Source of the DNA: an uncultured Desulfarculus sp.
GTDB lineage: Bacteria > Desulfobacterota > Desulfarculia > Desulfarculales > Desulfarculaceae
DNA length: 64,000 bases
Reading direction: 5' to 3'
Assembly (NCBI GenBank): GCA_963665125.2
Contig: CAXXUK010000002.1
Location: 960,001 to 1,024,000, forward strand
Part shown: positions 1 through 11,304 of the stretch, piece by piece
Layout: the number at the start of each line of letters is the position of its first letter
How positions within the stretch are numbered: the first letter of the stretch is position 1
Notes under the pieces: model-generated
What the model saw: only the letters and a program-made list of their open reading frames with translations
Told to the model about the DNA's origin: nothing
Databases searched by the model: none
Program-made: the position numbers and the translations under genes

Positions 1-1
1 C

Positions 2-328
2 GGCGCCAAGAAGCTCTATTGCATCAAGGTGCTGGGCGGCTCCAAGAGGCGTTACGCCAGCCTTGGGGATGTCATCGTGGTCTCGGTGAAAGAGGCCCTG
101 CCCAACTCCAAGGTGAAAAAGGGCGACGTCATGAAGGCCGTGGTGGTGCGCACCGCCAAGGAAGTGCACCGCCCCGACGGCTCCGCAATCAAATTCGACG
201 ATAATTCCGCCGTGCTGATTAATACGGCGGGTGAGCCCATCGGCACCCGTATCTTCGGCCCGGTGGCTCGCGAACTGAGGGCAAAGCGTTACATGAAGAT
301 CGTCTCGCTGGCGCCCGAAGTCTTGTAG
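2..328 (+). CDS. rplN: 50S ribosomal protein L14 (5' partial)
   Basis: [10 protein letters not shown]...[13 protein letters not shown]...[10 protein letters not shown]; first gene of spc order. Confidence 0.98.
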   Translation, partial: GAKKLYCIKVLGGSKRRYASLGDVIVVSVKEALPNSKVKKGDVMKAVVVRTAKEVHRPDGSAIKFDDNSAVLINTAGEPIGTRIFGPVARELRAKRYMKIVSLAPEVL

Positions 329-336
329 GTGTAGTC

Positions 337-660
337 ATGAGTATTAAGCTGCACATCAAAAAAGACGACAAGGTCATTGTCACCGCCGGCCGCGACCGCG
401 GCAAAATCGGCAAGGTGCTCAGGGTCCTGCCCGAAAAAAACCGGGCCGTCGTGGAAAAAGTGAACGTGGTCAAGCGCCACACCCGGCCCAACCAGGCCGG
501 CCAGGGCGGCATCGTCGAAAAAGAGATGCCGATCCACATCAGCAACTTGAAGCTCGTCTGCGACAAGTGCGGTGAGGCTTCGCGCCTGGGCCGCAAGGTC
601 CTCGACGACGGCAAGATCAGCCGCTTCTGCAAAAAGTGCGGCGAACTGGTGGACGCTTAA
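337..660 (+). CDS. rplX: 50S ribosomal protein L24
   Basis: KOW motif [29 protein letters not shown]. Confidence 0.98.
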   Translation: MSIKLHIKKDDKVIVTAGRDRGKIGKVLRVLPEKNRAVVEKVNVVKRHTRPNQAGQGGIVEKEMPIHISNLKLVCDKCGEASRLGRKVLDDGKISRFCKKCGELVDA

Positions 661-721
661 ACGCGTATTTTATTAACCCGTTGGACGAGCCGGGCACATG
701 GCGGCTTCAAAGCGGTGAGAG

Positions 722-1324
722 ATGGCTGACAAAAAGAAAAATAAAGAAAATGAGCCGGCACCGGCTCAGCCTCAAGAAAAGGTTGAGCCGCGGATGCGGG
801 AGAAGTATTTGCAGGACTGCGTGCCGCAGCTGATAGAGCAATTCTCCTACGGCAATATAATGCAGGTGCCCAAGCCGGTTAAGGCCGTCCTTAACATCGG
901 TGTGGGCGAGGCTATCCAGAACATCAAAGTGCTGGAAAACGCCGCCGACGAGCTTACGCTCATTTCCGGTCAAAAGGCGATGATCAACCGTGCGCGCCGG
1001 TCCATCGCTTCGTTTAAGCTCAGGGAGGGCATGCCCATCGGAACATCGGTGACGTTACGCGCCGAAAAGATGTGGTTTTTCCTTGATAAATTGATGAACG
1101 TCGCCCTGCCCCGCGTGCGCGACTTCAGGGGTGTCAGCCCCAAGGCCTTTGACGGCCGCGGCAACTACACCCTGGGTATTAAAGAACACATTATTTTTCC
1201 CGAGATTGAGTACGACAAGATCGACAAGGTCAAGGGAATGAATATCACGATAGTAACCACGGCCCAGACCGACGAGGAAGGGCGCGCATTGCTTAGGCTT
1301 TTAGGCATGCCCTTTAAAGCCTAA
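722..1324 (+). CDS. rplE: 50S ribosomal protein L5 (with short N-terminal extension)
   Basis: [33 protein letters not shown]. Confidence 0.97.
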   Translation: MADKKKNKENEPAPAQPQEKVEPRMREKYLQDCVPQLIEQFSYGNIMQVPKPVKAVLNIGVGEAIQNIKVLENAADELTLISGQKAMINRARRSIASFKLREGMPIGTSVTLRAEKMWFFLDKLMNVALPRVRDFRGVSPKAFDGRGNYTLGIKEHIIFPEIEYDKIDKVKGMNITIVTTAQTDEEGRALLRLLGMPFKA

Positions 1325-1346
1325 GGTTAGTATTTAGGAGGATTCA

Positions 1347-1532
1347 GTGGCCAGAAAGGCTCAAATGGAAAGGCAATTGCGCGATCCTAAGTTCCAGGTG
1401 CGCTATCGCAACCGCTGCCCCATCTGCGGGCGGTCGAGGGCCTACATTAGAAAATTCGGCATCTGCCGCGTCTGCTTCCGTAATATGTCGCTGCGCGGTG
1501 AGATTCCCGGCGTAATCAAAAGCAGCTGGTAG
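1347..1532 (+). CDS. rpsN: 30S ribosomal protein S14 type Z (Zn-binding)
   Basis: 61 aa, RCPICGR...CRVCFR...IPGVIKSSW. Confidence 0.97.
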   Translation: MARKAQMERQLRDPKFQVRYRNRCPICGRSRAYIRKFGICRVCFRNMSLRGEIPGVIKSSW

Positions 1533-1543
1533 GGAGACGAGCA

Positions 1544-1939
1544 ATGTCTATGCATGATCCAATCGCCGACATGCTCACCCGCATTCGCAATGCCGCGGGA
1601 GCCCGGCTGACTGAAGTGGAACTGCCTAGTTCGAAGATCAAGGCCGCCATCGCCAAAACCATGAAGGAAGAGGGCTATATCGCCGACTTCGAGGTTATAG
1701 AGGACAAACCGCAGGACAGGCTGAAGATCAAGCTGAGATACCACGGCAACCGCAGCGTTATCGAAGGTATCAAGCGCATCAGTAAGCCCAGCCGTCGGGT
1801 ATACGTGCCTCACGGTGAAGTGCCCAAGATTCGCTCGGGCCTGGGCGTCGCCATCCTTTCGACCAACAAGGGCGTGGTTACCGACCAATTTGCCCGCAAG
1901 GAAGGCATCGGCGGCGAAATCCTGTGCGAAATCTGGTAG
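1544..1939 (+). CDS. rpsH: 30S ribosomal protein S8
   Basis: DPIADMLTRIRNA...GGEILCEIW. Confidence 0.98.
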   Translation: MSMHDPIADMLTRIRNAAGARLTEVELPSSKIKAAIAKTMKEEGYIADFEVIEDKPQDRLKIKLRYHGNRSVIEGIKRISKPSRRVYVPHGEVPKIRSGLGVAILSTNKGVVTDQFARKEGIGGEILCEIW

Positions 1940-1958
1940 GGGTGCGGGAGAAACTGTC

Positions 1959-2498
1959 ATGAGTCGTATTGGTAAACTGCCGGTGGCGATTCCCTCGGGC
2001 GTCGAGGTGAAGATCCAGGGGCAGAACGTTGAAATAAAGGGTGCCAAGGGCTCGCTTAGCCGCGAGATCCATCCCTTGGTGGAAATCATCCAAGACGAGG
2101 GTGAACTCCGGGTCAAACCCCGTGAGGAGTCCAAAAACGCCATAGCCCTGTGGGGCCTGAGCCGCTCGCTTATCAACAACATGGTTGAAGGCGTCAGCAA
2201 GGGCTACACCAAGGTGCTGGAGATCAACGGCGTGGGTTACCGTGCCGAACTGGCCGGCAACACCTTGAAGCTCACCCTGGGCTTCAGCCATCCGGTTGAG
2301 TTTGAGCTGCCCAACGGCGTTAGCGGTGCCGTGGATAAAAACACGATCATCACCCTGACCAGCCACGATAAGGAACTGCTGGGCCAGACTGCGGCCACCA
2401 TTCGCCGCTACAGGCCCCCCGAGCCTTACAAGGGCAAGGGCATCAAGTATTCCGATGAGGTCATCCGCCGCAAGGTCGGTAAGGCCGGCGTGAAGTAA
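1959..2498 (+). CDS. rplF: 50S ribosomal protein L6
   Basis: MSRIGKLPV start at 1959; RPPEPYKGKGIKY. Confidence 0.98.
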   Translation: MSRIGKLPVAIPSGVEVKIQGQNVEIKGAKGSLSREIHPLVEIIQDEGELRVKPREESKNAIALWGLSRSLINNMVEGVSKGYTKVLEINGVGYRAELAGNTLKLTLGFSHPVEFELPNGVSGAVDKNTIITLTSHDKELLGQTAATIRRYRPPEPYKGKGIKYSDEVIRRKVGKAGVK

Positions 2499-2542
2499 TC
2501 CACTCGGGTATTAACCCGGGATGTGATAAAAGGTAAGAGGAA

Positions 2543-2911
2543 ATGGGCAAGACCAATCCCAGGGCAGTGGCCCGGCAGAAGCGCAAAACCAGGGTGCGCC
2601 GCAAGATTCGCGGCACCGCTGATCAACCGCGCCTGTGTGTGTTCCGTTCGCTGAACAACATATACTGCCAGGTCATCGACGACGACAAGGGCCAGACTCT
2701 GGCCTCGGCCAGCAGCATGGCGGGCGCAACAGCCCAAGAGCCCGGACACAAGGGCAATGTGGCTACCGCCAAAAAAGTAGGTCTGGCTATAGCTGAAGCC
2801 GCCAAGGCGGCAGGCGTTACCAAAGTGGTGTTCGATCGCAACGGCTTTTTGTATCATGGCCGGATCAAGGCATTGGCCGACGGAGCCCGCGAAGGCGGTT
2901 TGGAGTTCTAG
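2543..2911 (+). CDS. rplR: 50S ribosomal protein L18
   Basis: [28 protein letters not shown]. Confidence 0.98.
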   Translation: MGKTNPRAVARQKRKTRVRRKIRGTADQPRLCVFRSLNNIYCQVIDDDKGQTLASASSMAGATAQEPGHKGNVATAKKVGLAIAEAAKAAGVTKVVFDRNGFLYHGRIKALADGAREGGLEF

Positions 2912-2953
2912 CCGGACGGCCTTAGCCTCACCGGTATAGGAAGGATTGAAGCC

Positions 2954-3481
2954 TTGCTGGATAACAGAAGGAAAAAGAAAGAAACTTTCGAAGAAGAATC
3001 GCAACTTATCGACAAGGTTGTTCATATCAACCGCGTCGCCAAGGTCGTCAAGGGCGGCCGGCGTTTCTCCTTCTCGGCTGTGGTCGTTGTGGGCGACGGT
3101 GAGGGCAGCGTGGGTTTCGGCCTGGGCAAAGCCAACGAAGTGCCCGAGGCCATTCGCAAGGGCGTTGAAAAGGCCAAGCGCGATATGAAACCCGTGCCCA
3201 TCAGCGGTGGCACGATTCCGCATCCCATCACCGGACGTTACGGTGCCGGTCGTGTGGTGTTGCGGCCGGCCCGCCCCGGTACGGGCGTGATCGCCGGCGG
3301 CGCTGTGCGCGCCGTGCTTGAGGCCGCGGGTGTCACCGACATCCTGACAAAGACACTGGGTACCAACAACCCCCACAACGTCATCAAGGCCACATTGGAA
3401 GGCCTGCGCAGCCTTAAAAACGCCGATCAGGTGGCCAAGGTTCGTGGAATCGACGTAAACAAGTTGGAACCTGATTTTTAG
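2954..3481 (+). CDS. rpsE: 30S ribosomal protein S5 (start uncertain)
   Basis: [24 protein letters not shown]. Confidence 0.97.
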   Translation: MLDNRRKKKETFEEESQLIDKVVHINRVAKVVKGGRRFSFSAVVVVGDGEGSVGFGLGKANEVPEAIRKGVEKAKRDMKPVPISGGTIPHPITGRYGAGRVVLRPARPGTGVIAGGAVRAVLEAAGVTDILTKTLGTNNPHNVIKATLEGLRSLKNADQVAKVRGIDVNKLEPDF

Positions 3482-3504
3482 GCCAAAAGCGCTGGAGGTG
3501 CATC

Positions 3505-3693
3505 ATGGCGGGTACCATCCGCGTCAAGCTTGTTAAAAGCGGCATCGGCCATACGCAGCGCCAGAAAGATACGCTGCGGGGCATGGGCCTGAACAAGCTG
3601 CAAAAAGTTGTGACATTGGAAGACACTCCGGCCATCCGTGGCATGGTCAAAAAAGTGGAGCATCTTGTTAAGGTGCTGCCTGATTCGGAGTAA
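3505..3693 (+). CDS. rpmD: 50S ribosomal protein L30
   Basis: DTPAIRGMVKKVEHLV; position between rpsE and rplO. Confidence 0.97.
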   Translation: MAGTIRVKLVKSGIGHTQRQKDTLRGMGLNKLQKVVTLEDTPAIRGMVKKVEHLVKVLPDSE

Positions 3694-3699
3694 TCAGCG

Positions 3700-4140
3700 A
3701 TGAAGCTGAATGAACTTAAGCCGGCTGCCGGCTCTAAAAAGAACAGAAAGCGCATCGGTCGCGGCAAGGGCTCGGGCTGGGGCAAGACCTCGGGCAAGGG
3801 CCATAAGGGCCAGAACAGCCGCAGCGGCGGTGGTGTGCGTCCCGGCTTCGAGGGTGGCCAGATGCCTTTGCATCGCCGCCTGCCCAAGCGCGGATTCAAG
3901 AATATTTTCCGCAAGAAGATTGCCGAAATCAACTTGCGCGACCTAAACCGCTTCGATGCGGGCAGCGTAGTCGACGCCCAGGCTCTGGCCGAGGCCGGCC
4001 TGATCAAGGGCCAGTTCGACGTGATAAAGCTGTTGGGCCAAGGCGAAGTGGATCGGGCTCTGACCGTCCAGGTGGACAGGGTCAGCGAAAGTGCCAAGGC
4101 GAAGGTTGAAGCTGCTGGTGGAACGGTGGAGTTGAGTTAA
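3700..4140 (+). CDS. rplO: 50S ribosomal protein L15
   Basis: [36 protein letters not shown]. Confidence 0.98.
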   Translation: MKLNELKPAAGSKKNRKRIGRGKGSGWGKTSGKGHKGQNSRSGGGVRPGFEGGQMPLHRRLPKRGFKNIFRKKIAEINLRDLNRFDAGSVVDAQALAEAGLIKGQFDVIKLLGQGEVDRALTVQVDRVSESAKAKVEAAGGTVELS

Positions 4141-5448
4141 GTGGCCATCGAAGGCGTCGGAAACATTGGCAAGGTTCCGGAGCTGCGCAAGCGGGTCCTG
4201 TTTACGTTGATGATGTTGGCTGTGTACCGGATTGGCTGCGCCATTCCCACACCCGGCGTCGATGGCGCGGCATTGGCCGCCTTTTTCCAACACACCAATC
4301 TTCCGTTGCTGGGCTTGGTCAACATGTTCAGCGGCGGGGCCTTGGAGCGCATGAGTATCTTCGCTCTGGGCATCATGCCCTACATCAGCGCCAGCATCAT
4401 CATGGAGTTGCTGACGGTGGTGAGCCCGCGCCTGGCCGAGCTTAAAAAGGAAGGCCAGGAGGGGCGCAAGAAGATCACTCAGTACTCCCGCTACGGCACG
4501 GTGCTGCTATCGCTGATCCAGGGCTACGCCATCGCGGTGGGCTTGGAGAACATGCAATCACCGGCCGGCGGCCTTGTCGTCCCCGACGGAGGATGGGCCT
4601 TCCGGTTGATGACCATGATCACCCTGACCGCGGGCACCGCCTTTATCATGTGGCTGGGTGAACAGATCACAGAACGCGGCATCGGCAACGGTATCAGCCT
4701 GATCATTTTTGCCGGTATCGTGGCGCGCCTGCCATCAGCCATCTTCGACACCATCCGCATGGTGCGGGTCGGCGAGGTCAGCGTTTTCATGCTGGTGTTG
4801 CTGCTGGTCATGATGGTGGTGGTTATCGCGGCGATCTGCTTCGTGGAGCAGGGCCAAAGGCGCATTCCGGTGCAGTATGCCAAGCGTGTCGTTGGGCGTC
4901 GCATGTACGGCGGCCAGACAACGCACCTGCCGTTGAAGGTCAACACCGCGGGCGTTATCCCGCCGATCTTCGCCAGCAGCATCATCATGTTCCCGTCGAC
5001 CATCGCCCAGTTCATCGACGTGCCCTGGGTGAAGCAGATGGCGGCCTACATGACGCCGGGCGGCTGGGTCTACAACCTCGTTTACATCGCCATGATCGTT
5101 TTCTTCTGCTACTTCTACACGGCGGTGCAGTTCAACCCCACCGACGTGGCCGACAACATGAAGAAGTACGGTGGATTTGTTCCGGGCATACGCCCAGGCA
5201 AACGCACGGCTGACTATATCGACAGGGTTTTGACCAGGTTGACTCTGGGCGGTGCCGTATACGTCTCGGCGGTGTGCGTGTTGCCCACGGTTCTGATCAC
5301 CCAGTTCAACGTGCCGTTCTACTTCGGTGGCACGGCGCTGCTGATCGTCGTGGGCGTGGCCTTGGACACCATGGGCCAGATAGAAAGCCATCTCATGAGC
5401 AGGCACTACGACAGCCTTATGAAAAAAGGCGTGATAAAAGGCAGATAG
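4141..5448 (+). CDS. secY: Preprotein translocase subunit SecY
   Basis: [41 protein letters not shown]; polytopic. Confidence 0.98.
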   Translation: MAIEGVGNIGKVPELRKRVLFTLMMLAVYRIGCAIPTPGVDGAALAAFFQHTNLPLLGLVNMFSGGALERMSIFALGIMPYISASIIMELLTVVSPRLAELKKEGQEGRKKITQYSRYGTVLLSLIQGYAIAVGLENMQSPAGGLVVPDGGWAFRLMTMITLTAGTAFIMWLGEQITERGIGNGISLIIFAGIVARLPSAIFDTIRMVRVGEVSVFMLVLLLVMMVVVIAAICFVEQGQRRIPVQYAKRVVGRRMYGGQTTHLPLKVNTAGVIPPIFASSIIMFPSTIAQFIDVPWVKQMAAYMTPGGWVYNLVYIAMIVFFCYFYTAVQFNPTDVADNMKKYGGFVPGIRPGKRTADYIDRVLTRLTLGGAVYVSAVCVLPTVLITQFNVPFYFGGTALLIVVGVALDTMGQIESHLMSRHYDSLMKKGVIKGR

Positions 5449-5509
5449 AAGAGAGGCTCCAGATTTCGGGGGCCAGTAAATATAGATGCAATTTTTCAGG
5501 GAGCGGGAC

Positions 5510-6151
5510 ATGAATCTGATACTGTTGGGCCCTCCAGGCGCCGGTAAAGGCACTCAGGCTAAAAAACTGATTGATGCTTACGGAATTCCGCAAATTTCCA
5601 CTGGCGATATGCTTCGTGAGGCTGTAAAGAACCAGACCGAGTTGGGCATCGAAGCCAAGAAATTCATGGATGCCGGCAAGCTGGTCACCGACGAAATCGT
5701 CATCGGCCTGGCCAAGGACCGTATGGGCCAGCCTGACTGCGAAAAAGGCTTCATGCTCGACGGCTTCCCCCGGACCGTTCCCCAGGCCGAGGCTCTGGAC
5801 AAGGTTCTCGAGGATATGGGCCGCAAGATCGACCACGTGGTTAGCATCGAAGTGCCCAGCAGCGAACTGTTGGGTCGTTTGACCGGCCGCCGCACCTGCA
5901 AGGACTGCGGCGCGGGCTTCCACGTAATGTTTGATCCGCCCAAAGTAGAGGGTAAATGCGACAAGTGCGGCGGCGAGCTGTACCAGCGCGACGATGACAA
6001 TGAGGCGACCGTGTCCAATCGCCTGACGGTCTACGAGGACTCCACCAAGCCTCTGATCGACTACTATCAGGCCAAGACCCTGCTGCGGCCCATCGATGGT
6101 GTTGGTTCCATCGACGATATTTTTAGCCGCGTCAAGGCCGTTCTGGGCTAG
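5510..6151 (+). CDS. adk: Adenylate kinase (Zn-lid type)
   Basis: LGPPGAGKGTQA P-loop, LDGFPRT, CxxC...CxxC lid. Confidence 0.98.
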   Translation: MNLILLGPPGAGKGTQAKKLIDAYGIPQISTGDMLREAVKNQTELGIEAKKFMDAGKLVTDEIVIGLAKDRMGQPDCEKGFMLDGFPRTVPQAEALDKVLEDMGRKIDHVVSIEVPSSELLGRLTGRRTCKDCGAGFHVMFDPPKVEGKCDKCGGELYQRDDDNEATVSNRLTVYEDSTKPLIDYYQAKTLLRPIDGVGSIDDIFSRVKAVLG

Positions 6152-6173
6152 GTTGAGAAAGAGCCGGCAGCTC

Positions 6174-6920
6174 GTGATTATACTAAAAAGCCCGGAAGAA
6201 ATAGAACTGATGCGCGAGGCCAACAAGATTGTGGGCCGTGTGCTGCAAGCGGTCAGTAAAGAAGCCAAACCGGGTGTTACCACGGCCGAACTGGATAAGA
6301 TGGCCGAGGATATGTGCCAAAACGCGGGTTGCCGGCCCGCTTTCAAGGGATACCATGGATACCCCTTTTCGTTGTGCTGCTCGGTCAACGAGCAGGTGGT
6401 GCATGGCTTCCCCGGTGACAGGCCCCTGAAAGATGGGGACATCCTGTCAATGGACTTCGGCGTTGTAAAAGACGGTTTCTATGGCGACAGCGCCACGACT
6501 GTGGCCATAGGAGAAGTCAGCACTGAGGCCAAAAGGCTCATGGATGCCACCAAGAAGTCTCTTGACGCGGGAATCGAGCAGGCCCGGCCGGGCAACCGGT
6601 TGGGCGATATATCCGCGGCCGTTCAAAAGACGGCGGAGGACGCGGGCTTCAGCGTGGTAAGACAATTCGTCGGCCATGGAATAGGCAGGGCCTTGCACGA
6701 AGATCCCCAGGTGCCCAACTTCGGGAAAAAGGGCAAGGGGCTGCAACTCAAGGCCGGAATGGTCTTGGCCATAGAGCCAATGGTGAATGCTGGCGGTGTG
6801 GAAGTAAAAATTCTATCCGACGGCTGGACGGCAGTGACAGTGGACGGTAAACTTTCTGCCCACTTCGAGCATACGGTGGCCATTACCGATAACGGTCCCC
6901 GGATTCTGAGTTTGCCTTAA
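6174..6920 (+). CDS. map: Methionine aminopeptidase type I
   Basis: GFYGDSA, GHGIG, AIEPMV, SAHFEHT; GTG start inferred. Confidence 0.97.
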   Translation: MIILKSPEEIELMREANKIVGRVLQAVSKEAKPGVTTAELDKMAEDMCQNAGCRPAFKGYHGYPFSLCCSVNEQVVHGFPGDRPLKDGDILSMDFGVVKDGFYGDSATTVAIGEVSTEAKRLMDATKKSLDAGIEQARPGNRLGDISAAVQKTAEDAGFSVVRQFVGHGIGRALHEDPQVPNFGKKGKGLQLKAGMVLAIEPMVNAGGVEVKILSDGWTAVTVDGKLSAHFEHTVAITDNGPRILSLP

Positions 6921-7011
6921 GGGGCCAAGAGTCACTACAGGCGAAGAGGGCCAATTTCGGCCTTTTGCGTGTTCCACTTAGGCGCGCGATTATTGGAAAA
7001 AGGTAAGGCTC

Positions 7012-7128
7012 ATGAAAGTGCGAGCATCAGTGAAAAAGATCTGCAAAGACTGCAAGATCATCAGGCGCAACGGCGTTGTCCGTATCGTCTGCAAGAAAAA
7101 CCCTCGTCATAACCAGCGTCAGGGTTAA
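7012..7128 (+). CDS. rpmJ: 50S ribosomal protein L36 (not in ORF track)
   Basis: Hand translation: [38 protein letters not shown]. Confidence 0.97.
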   Translation: MKVRASVKKICKDCKIIRRNGVVRIVCKKNPRHNQRQG

Positions 7129-7139
7129 GGAGGTAGCGC

Positions 7140-7511
7140 GTGGCACGTATCGCAGGCATAGATTTGCCCCGCAATAAGCGTATTGAAGTGGCGCTAACCT
7201 ATATTTACGGCATCGGACTGAGCACGTCCCAGAAGATCCTGGACATTGCCGGCGTTAACCCGGACACCAAGAGCGATGCGCTCTCCTCCGAAGAGGTTAA
7301 CCGCATTCGTCAGGTCATTGACGACAGCTACACGGTGGAGGGTGACCTGCGCCGTGAAGTATCGATGAATATCAAACGGTTGATGGACCTGGGTTCATAC
7401 CGCGGGCTTCGTCACCGTCGTGGTCTGCCGGTAAACGGTCAGCGCACGCGGACCAACGCCCGCACCCGCAAGGGACCGCGCCGGGCCGTGGTTGGTAAGA
7501 GGAAGAAGTAA
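7140..7511 (+). CDS. rpsM: 30S ribosomal protein S13
   Basis: ARIAGIDLP...[26 protein letters not shown]. Confidence 0.98.
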   Translation: MARIAGIDLPRNKRIEVALTYIYGIGLSTSQKILDIAGVNPDTKSDALSSEEVNRIRQVIDDSYTVEGDLRREVSMNIKRLMDLGSYRGLRHRRGLPVNGQRTRTNARTRKGPRRAVVGKRKK

Positions 7512-7907
7512 ATGGCCAAAGCGCAGAAGAAGACCGTTCGTAAGCGCAAGGAACGTAAAAACGTTCCCACGGGCGTAGTTCACATCCAGTCTACGTTCAA
7601 CAACACCATCATCACCATTTGCGATGTCCAGGGAAACACGATTTCCTGGGCCTCTGGCGGTGCGCAGGGTTTCAAGGGCTCCCGTAAGTCCACTCCCTTT
7701 GCCGCCCAGTTGGCAGCTGAAGATGCGGCCAAAAAGGCAATTGATAATGGTATGCGCACGGTTGAGGTCAATGTGAAGGGCCCGGGTGCCGGCCGCGAAG
7801 CCGCCCTGCGCGCCATCAGCAACGCGGGTCTAAACGTCTCGGTCATTCGCGACGTTACTCCTGTCCCGCACAATGGCTGCCGTCCGCCTAAACGGCGTCG
7901 AGTTTAG
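7512..7907 (+). CDS. rpsK: 30S ribosomal protein S11
   Basis: [32 protein letters not shown]. Confidence 0.98.
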   Translation: MAKAQKKTVRKRKERKNVPTGVVHIQSTFNNTIITICDVQGNTISWASGGAQGFKGSRKSTPFAAQLAAEDAAKKAIDNGMRTVEVNVKGPGAGREAALRAISNAGLNVSVIRDVTPVPHNGCRPPKRRRV

Positions 7908-7942
7908 GCCCCACAGGGCCTCGATTATACGGAGGAACTATC

Positions 7943-8572
7943 TTGGCAAGGTACAGAGGTTCCGTTTGCCGGCTATGCCGCCGGGAAATGCAGAAACTTT
8001 ACCTCAAGGGCGACCGTTGCTTTGGCGACAAATGCGCCGTTGAACGCAGGACATATCCGCCGGGTCAGCACGGCCAAAACCGTCGCATGAAGCCCAGCGA
8101 TTATGGTATTCAGCTTCGCGAAAAGCAGAAGGTCAAGCGCATGTACGGCCTGGCGGAAAAGCAATTCCGCCTGACATACCATCGCGCCTCTGCCATGCGC
8201 GGAGTGACCGGCCACAATTTGCTTCAGCTTCTGGAGCGCCGGCTGGACAACGTTGTCTATCGCCTTGGATTTGCAAACAGCCGCAATCAAGCCAGACTAT
8301 GGGTTCGGCATGGCCACTTCACCATCAACGGGCACAAGGTAAATATTCCTTCGGCTCTGGTTAAAGCTGGTGATGTGGTGGCTGTCGCCCCCAAGAGCCG
8401 CGAAATCGGCCAAATCAAAGAGGCTATGGAAACTGTCGCCCGGCGCACCATCCCCAGTTGGCTGGAAGTGGAGGCCAAGGAGTTCAGCGGAACGGTGAAA
8501 GCCCTGCCCACCCGCGAGGAGCTGACAGTGCCCATGCAGGAGCAGCTCATCGTGGAGCTCTACTCCCGCTAG
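7943..8572 (+). CDS. rpsD: 30S ribosomal protein S4
   Basis: [27 protein letters not shown]. Confidence 0.98.
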   Translation: MARYRGSVCRLCRREMQKLYLKGDRCFGDKCAVERRTYPPGQHGQNRRMKPSDYGIQLREKQKVKRMYGLAEKQFRLTYHRASAMRGVTGHNLLQLLERRLDNVVYRLGFANSRNQARLWVRHGHFTINGHKVNIPSALVKAGDVVAVAPKSREIGQIKEAMETVARRTIPSWLEVEAKEFSGTVKALPTREELTVPMQEQLIVELYSR

Positions 8573-8603
8573 CACCTCTTAACCCGACTCTACGGAGGAG
8601 CTC

Positions 8604-9608
8604 ATGGAGAGGAACTGGAGAGAGCTGATCAAGCCCTTGCGGCTCGAAGTGGACGAACAGAGCCAGAGCGGAAGCTATGGCAAATTTTCCTGCGAGCCCC
8701 TGGAGCGGGGTTTTGGCCACACAATCGGCAACGCCTTGAGACGTATTCTGATCTCGTCGTTGCAGGGTTCGGCCATAACCAACGTGCGCATGGATGGGGT
8801 GCTTCACGAGTTCTCGACCATACCCGGAGTGCTTGAGGATGTAACAGACATCATCCTCAACCTGAAGGGTGTGCGGCTGCGATACCTTGGCTTCGAGCCT
8901 ACTACGCTGACCATCAGCGCGGCTGGCGAGAGTGTGGTAAAGGCCGGCGACATCAAAGTGCCGCCCGATGTGGAGATCCTCAATCCGGAGCACCATATCG
9001 CCACGCTCAGCCCCGAAGGCAAGCTCCAGGCCGAGTTGACGGTATGCACCGGCAAGGGCTATGTGGCCGCCGAGCGCAATAAAAGTGAAGACGACCCCAT
9101 CGGAATGATTGCCATTGATGCGGCGTTTTCGCCAATAGTAAAAGTTAGTTATGTGGTCACCCAGGCACGCGTGGGGCAGATCACCGACTACGACAAACTG
9201 ACCCTTGAAGTACACACCAACGGCTCAGTACGGCCCGAGGACGCGGTGGCCTATTCGGCCAAGATTCTCAAGGAGCAGTTGCAGATATTCATCAACTTCC
9301 CCGAGGAGCCTGAACCGGTCGTCGAGGAAGAACGGGAAGAACCCAAGCTCAACGAGAACCTGTTCCGTACGGTCGATGAGCTTGAGTTGAGTGTGCGTAG
9401 CGCCAACTGCCTCAAGAACGCCGACATCAAGTACATCGGCGAGTTGGTGCAGCGTAGCGAGGCCGAGATGCTCAAAACAAAGAATTTCGGCCGCAAGTCG
9501 CTCAACGAGATCAAGGAAATGCTAACTGACATGGGCCTTTCTCTGGGCATGAAGCTCGACAGCTTCCCGCTCCGGGAGGACCTTGAGAATAGGGAAAAGG
9601 AAAAATGA
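8604..9608 (+). CDS. rpoA: RNA polymerase subunit alpha
   Basis: [41 protein letters not shown]. Confidence 0.98.
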   Translation: MERNWRELIKPLRLEVDEQSQSGSYGKFSCEPLERGFGHTIGNALRRILISSLQGSAITNVRMDGVLHEFSTIPGVLEDVTDIILNLKGVRLRYLGFEPTTLTISAAGESVVKAGDIKVPPDVEILNPEHHIATLSPEGKLQAELTVCTGKGYVAAERNKSEDDPIGMIAIDAAFSPIVKVSYVVTQARVGQITDYDKLTLEVHTNGSVRPEDAVAYSAKILKEQLQIFINFPEEPEPVVEEEREEPKLNENLFRTVDELELSVRSANCLKNADIKYIGELVQRSEAEMLKTKNFGRKSLNEIKEMLTDMGLSLGMKLDSFPLREDLENREKEK

Positions 9609-9970
9609 GACACCGCAGGCTAAGCACGAGACTGTCGCGCGATACGGCCCACCGAAAGGCCATGATGCGCAATCTGGTGACCTCGCTGTTTGAGCACGAG
9701 CGGGTCGAGACCACCCAGACCAAGGCAAAGGAACTCAAGCGCGCCGCCGACAAGATGATTACCCTGGCCAAGCGCGGCGACCTGCACGCCAGGCGGCAGG
9801 CGGAGTCATTCATCCGCAGCCACCAGGTCTGCGGCAAGCTCTTTGCCGAAGCCAACCAACGCTTCCAGAATCGTAGCGGCGGTTATGTTCGCGTGGTTCC
9901 CTCCCGCATCCGCCGGGGCGATGCCGCTCCCATGGCCATTGTGGAACTGGTCTCCGCTTCGGACAAATAG
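9605..9970 (+). CDS. rplQ: 50S ribosomal protein L17
   Basis: MRHRR...HRKAMMRNL...[14 protein letters not shown]. Confidence 0.98.
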   Translation: MRHRRLSTRLSRDTAHRKAMMRNLVTSLFEHERVETTQTKAKELKRAADKMITLAKRGDLHARRQAESFIRSHQVCGKLFAEANQRFQNRSGGYVRVVPSRIRRGDAAPMAIVELVSASDK

Positions 9971-9995
9971 CGGCCCTTTCGCCAAGACACAAATG

Positions 9996-10035
9996 AAGGA
10001 CCGGCCCGCGTGATGGTCACGCAGGCCGGTCTTTT
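9996..10035 (+). terminator. Intrinsic terminator of the alpha operon
   Basis: GC stem gaccggcc-cgcgtga/tcacgc-aggccggtc followed by TTTT, between convergent genes. Confidence 0.75.
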
Positions 10036-10044
10036 GCTGTTTGG

Positions 10045-10836
10045 CTATGGCGTGGGTAGATTTTCCAGGAAATTCAATACGATATTGAAGGTTTCGCCGT
10101 TTTTGTCGTCCAACCAGAAGTTGTGGGGCTTGCCCGGCAGATAGATATAGTCCGCGCCCAGTTTGTTGGCCAGTTTGGACATGGCCGCGGGGGGCATGAA
10201 ATAGTCATGCTCAGCGGCCACCAGCAGGCGCGGCGAACGGCCCAGGGGCGGGTTGGCCCGGCAAAGGCCAAGCCCCATGGACAGGATGACCATGGCCGGT
10301 TCGGGGACCAGGGCCTGGAGGTAATCAGGCAGGCGCTCTTCGGGCATGCCCGGCCAAAAGAGCTGGCGGGCCATCTTGGGCGTGCTGGTGGCCACGGCCA
10401 TGCCGATCATGGGTTTGAACAGAGCAGCCGGGTATTGAAGACCCATCTTGGCAAGACGTGAAATAGGCAGACCTGATCCGGGCAGCGGCGCCAAGAGAAC
10501 CGCGGGCAGATCCACAGCCTCCAGCAGCTTCTGGACGATCCAGCCCCCCATTGAATGACCGATGATTACGGGATTTTTCAAAGAGGCAACGGCCCTTGTT
10601 GCATAAGCAGCGTAATGGGCCGTTGTGGTCATGGCCGGCAAAGGCCAGGCCTGGGAGCCGTGTCCGGGCAAATCCAGCAGGTGCGCCCGCCAGCCCGCTT
10701 TGGCCGTGGATGCGGCCAAAGCCTCCCAGCACCATGCGCCGTGCCAGGCACCGTGAATGAAAAGTACATCCCTGCCCGTGGAATCAGGGTTAAGGCTCTC
10801 CATGGCCACCGGAACATGGTCGAACGGCTGAGCCAT
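10045..10836 (-). CDS. Alpha/beta hydrolase
   Basis: HGAWHGAWCW, GHSMGG nucleophile elbow. Confidence 0.9.
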   Translation of the reverse strand: MAQPFDHVPVAMESLNPDSTGRDVLFIHGAWHGAWCWEALAASTAKAGWRAHLLDLPGHGSQAWPLPAMTTTAHYAAYATRAVASLKNPVIIGHSMGGWIVQKLLEAVDLPAVLLAPLPGSGLPISRLAKMGLQYPAALFKPMIGMAVATSTPKMARQLFWPGMPEERLPDYLQALVPEPAMVILSMGLGLCRANPPLGRSPRLLVAAEHDYFMPPAAMSKLANKLGADYIYLPGKPHNFWLDDKNGETFNIVLNFLENLPTP

Positions 10837-10847
10837 CGATTCTCCCC

Positions 10848-11237
10848 TTATTTGTCGCCTGATTTCCTTTTACTCAACCGGTCCACTATGCGTTCGGCAT
10901 AGCTGTGTTCATCCAGTACGGATGAGCCTGGCCGCAGTTCACCCAACTTCATGGTCAGGTAATTGAGGCGTTTGAGGGCCTTGTAGCGTGTTTTTTCATC
11001 GGTGGCATTGGCCAATAGGTCCTCAACCTGGACCAGTTCGGCGCGTGCTTCAATTTCCGGCGGCGTGAAACCGGCGTTTTTCAGCACCTTGAAAGCCATG
11101 CGCAGGTCATCGGGAACACGTGAATCGTCTTCAATGATCATGGGTTTGCCCTTGCCGGGCAAGTTGTCCATTTCGCCGCGTTCCGTGGCCTGTTTTATTC
11201 TTTCCTCGGCGATTTTGGCGATGATGCCCAAAACCAT
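10848..11237 (-). CDS. DUF1992 / DnaJ-related protein
   Basis: IAEERIKQATERGEMDNLPGKGKP...KVLKNAGFTPPE; SD aggag before ATG 11237. Confidence 0.85.
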   Translation of the reverse strand: MVLGIIAKIAEERIKQATERGEMDNLPGKGKPMIIEDDSRVPDDLRMAFKVLKNAGFTPPEIEARAELVQVEDLLANATDEKTRYKALKRLNYLTMKLGELRPGSSVLDEHSYAERIVDRLSKRKSGDK

Positions 11238-11304
11238 GAGGCTCTCCTGTTGAGTATTTCGGCAAAAGTATATCGCAATGGGACCGGTTGGGGGAAGTTT
11301 ATGT

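Noticed and set aside
6921..7011. Absence of infA between map and rpmJ
   Set aside because: Common lineage-level rearrangement; the gap is too short for a remnant and is not informative.
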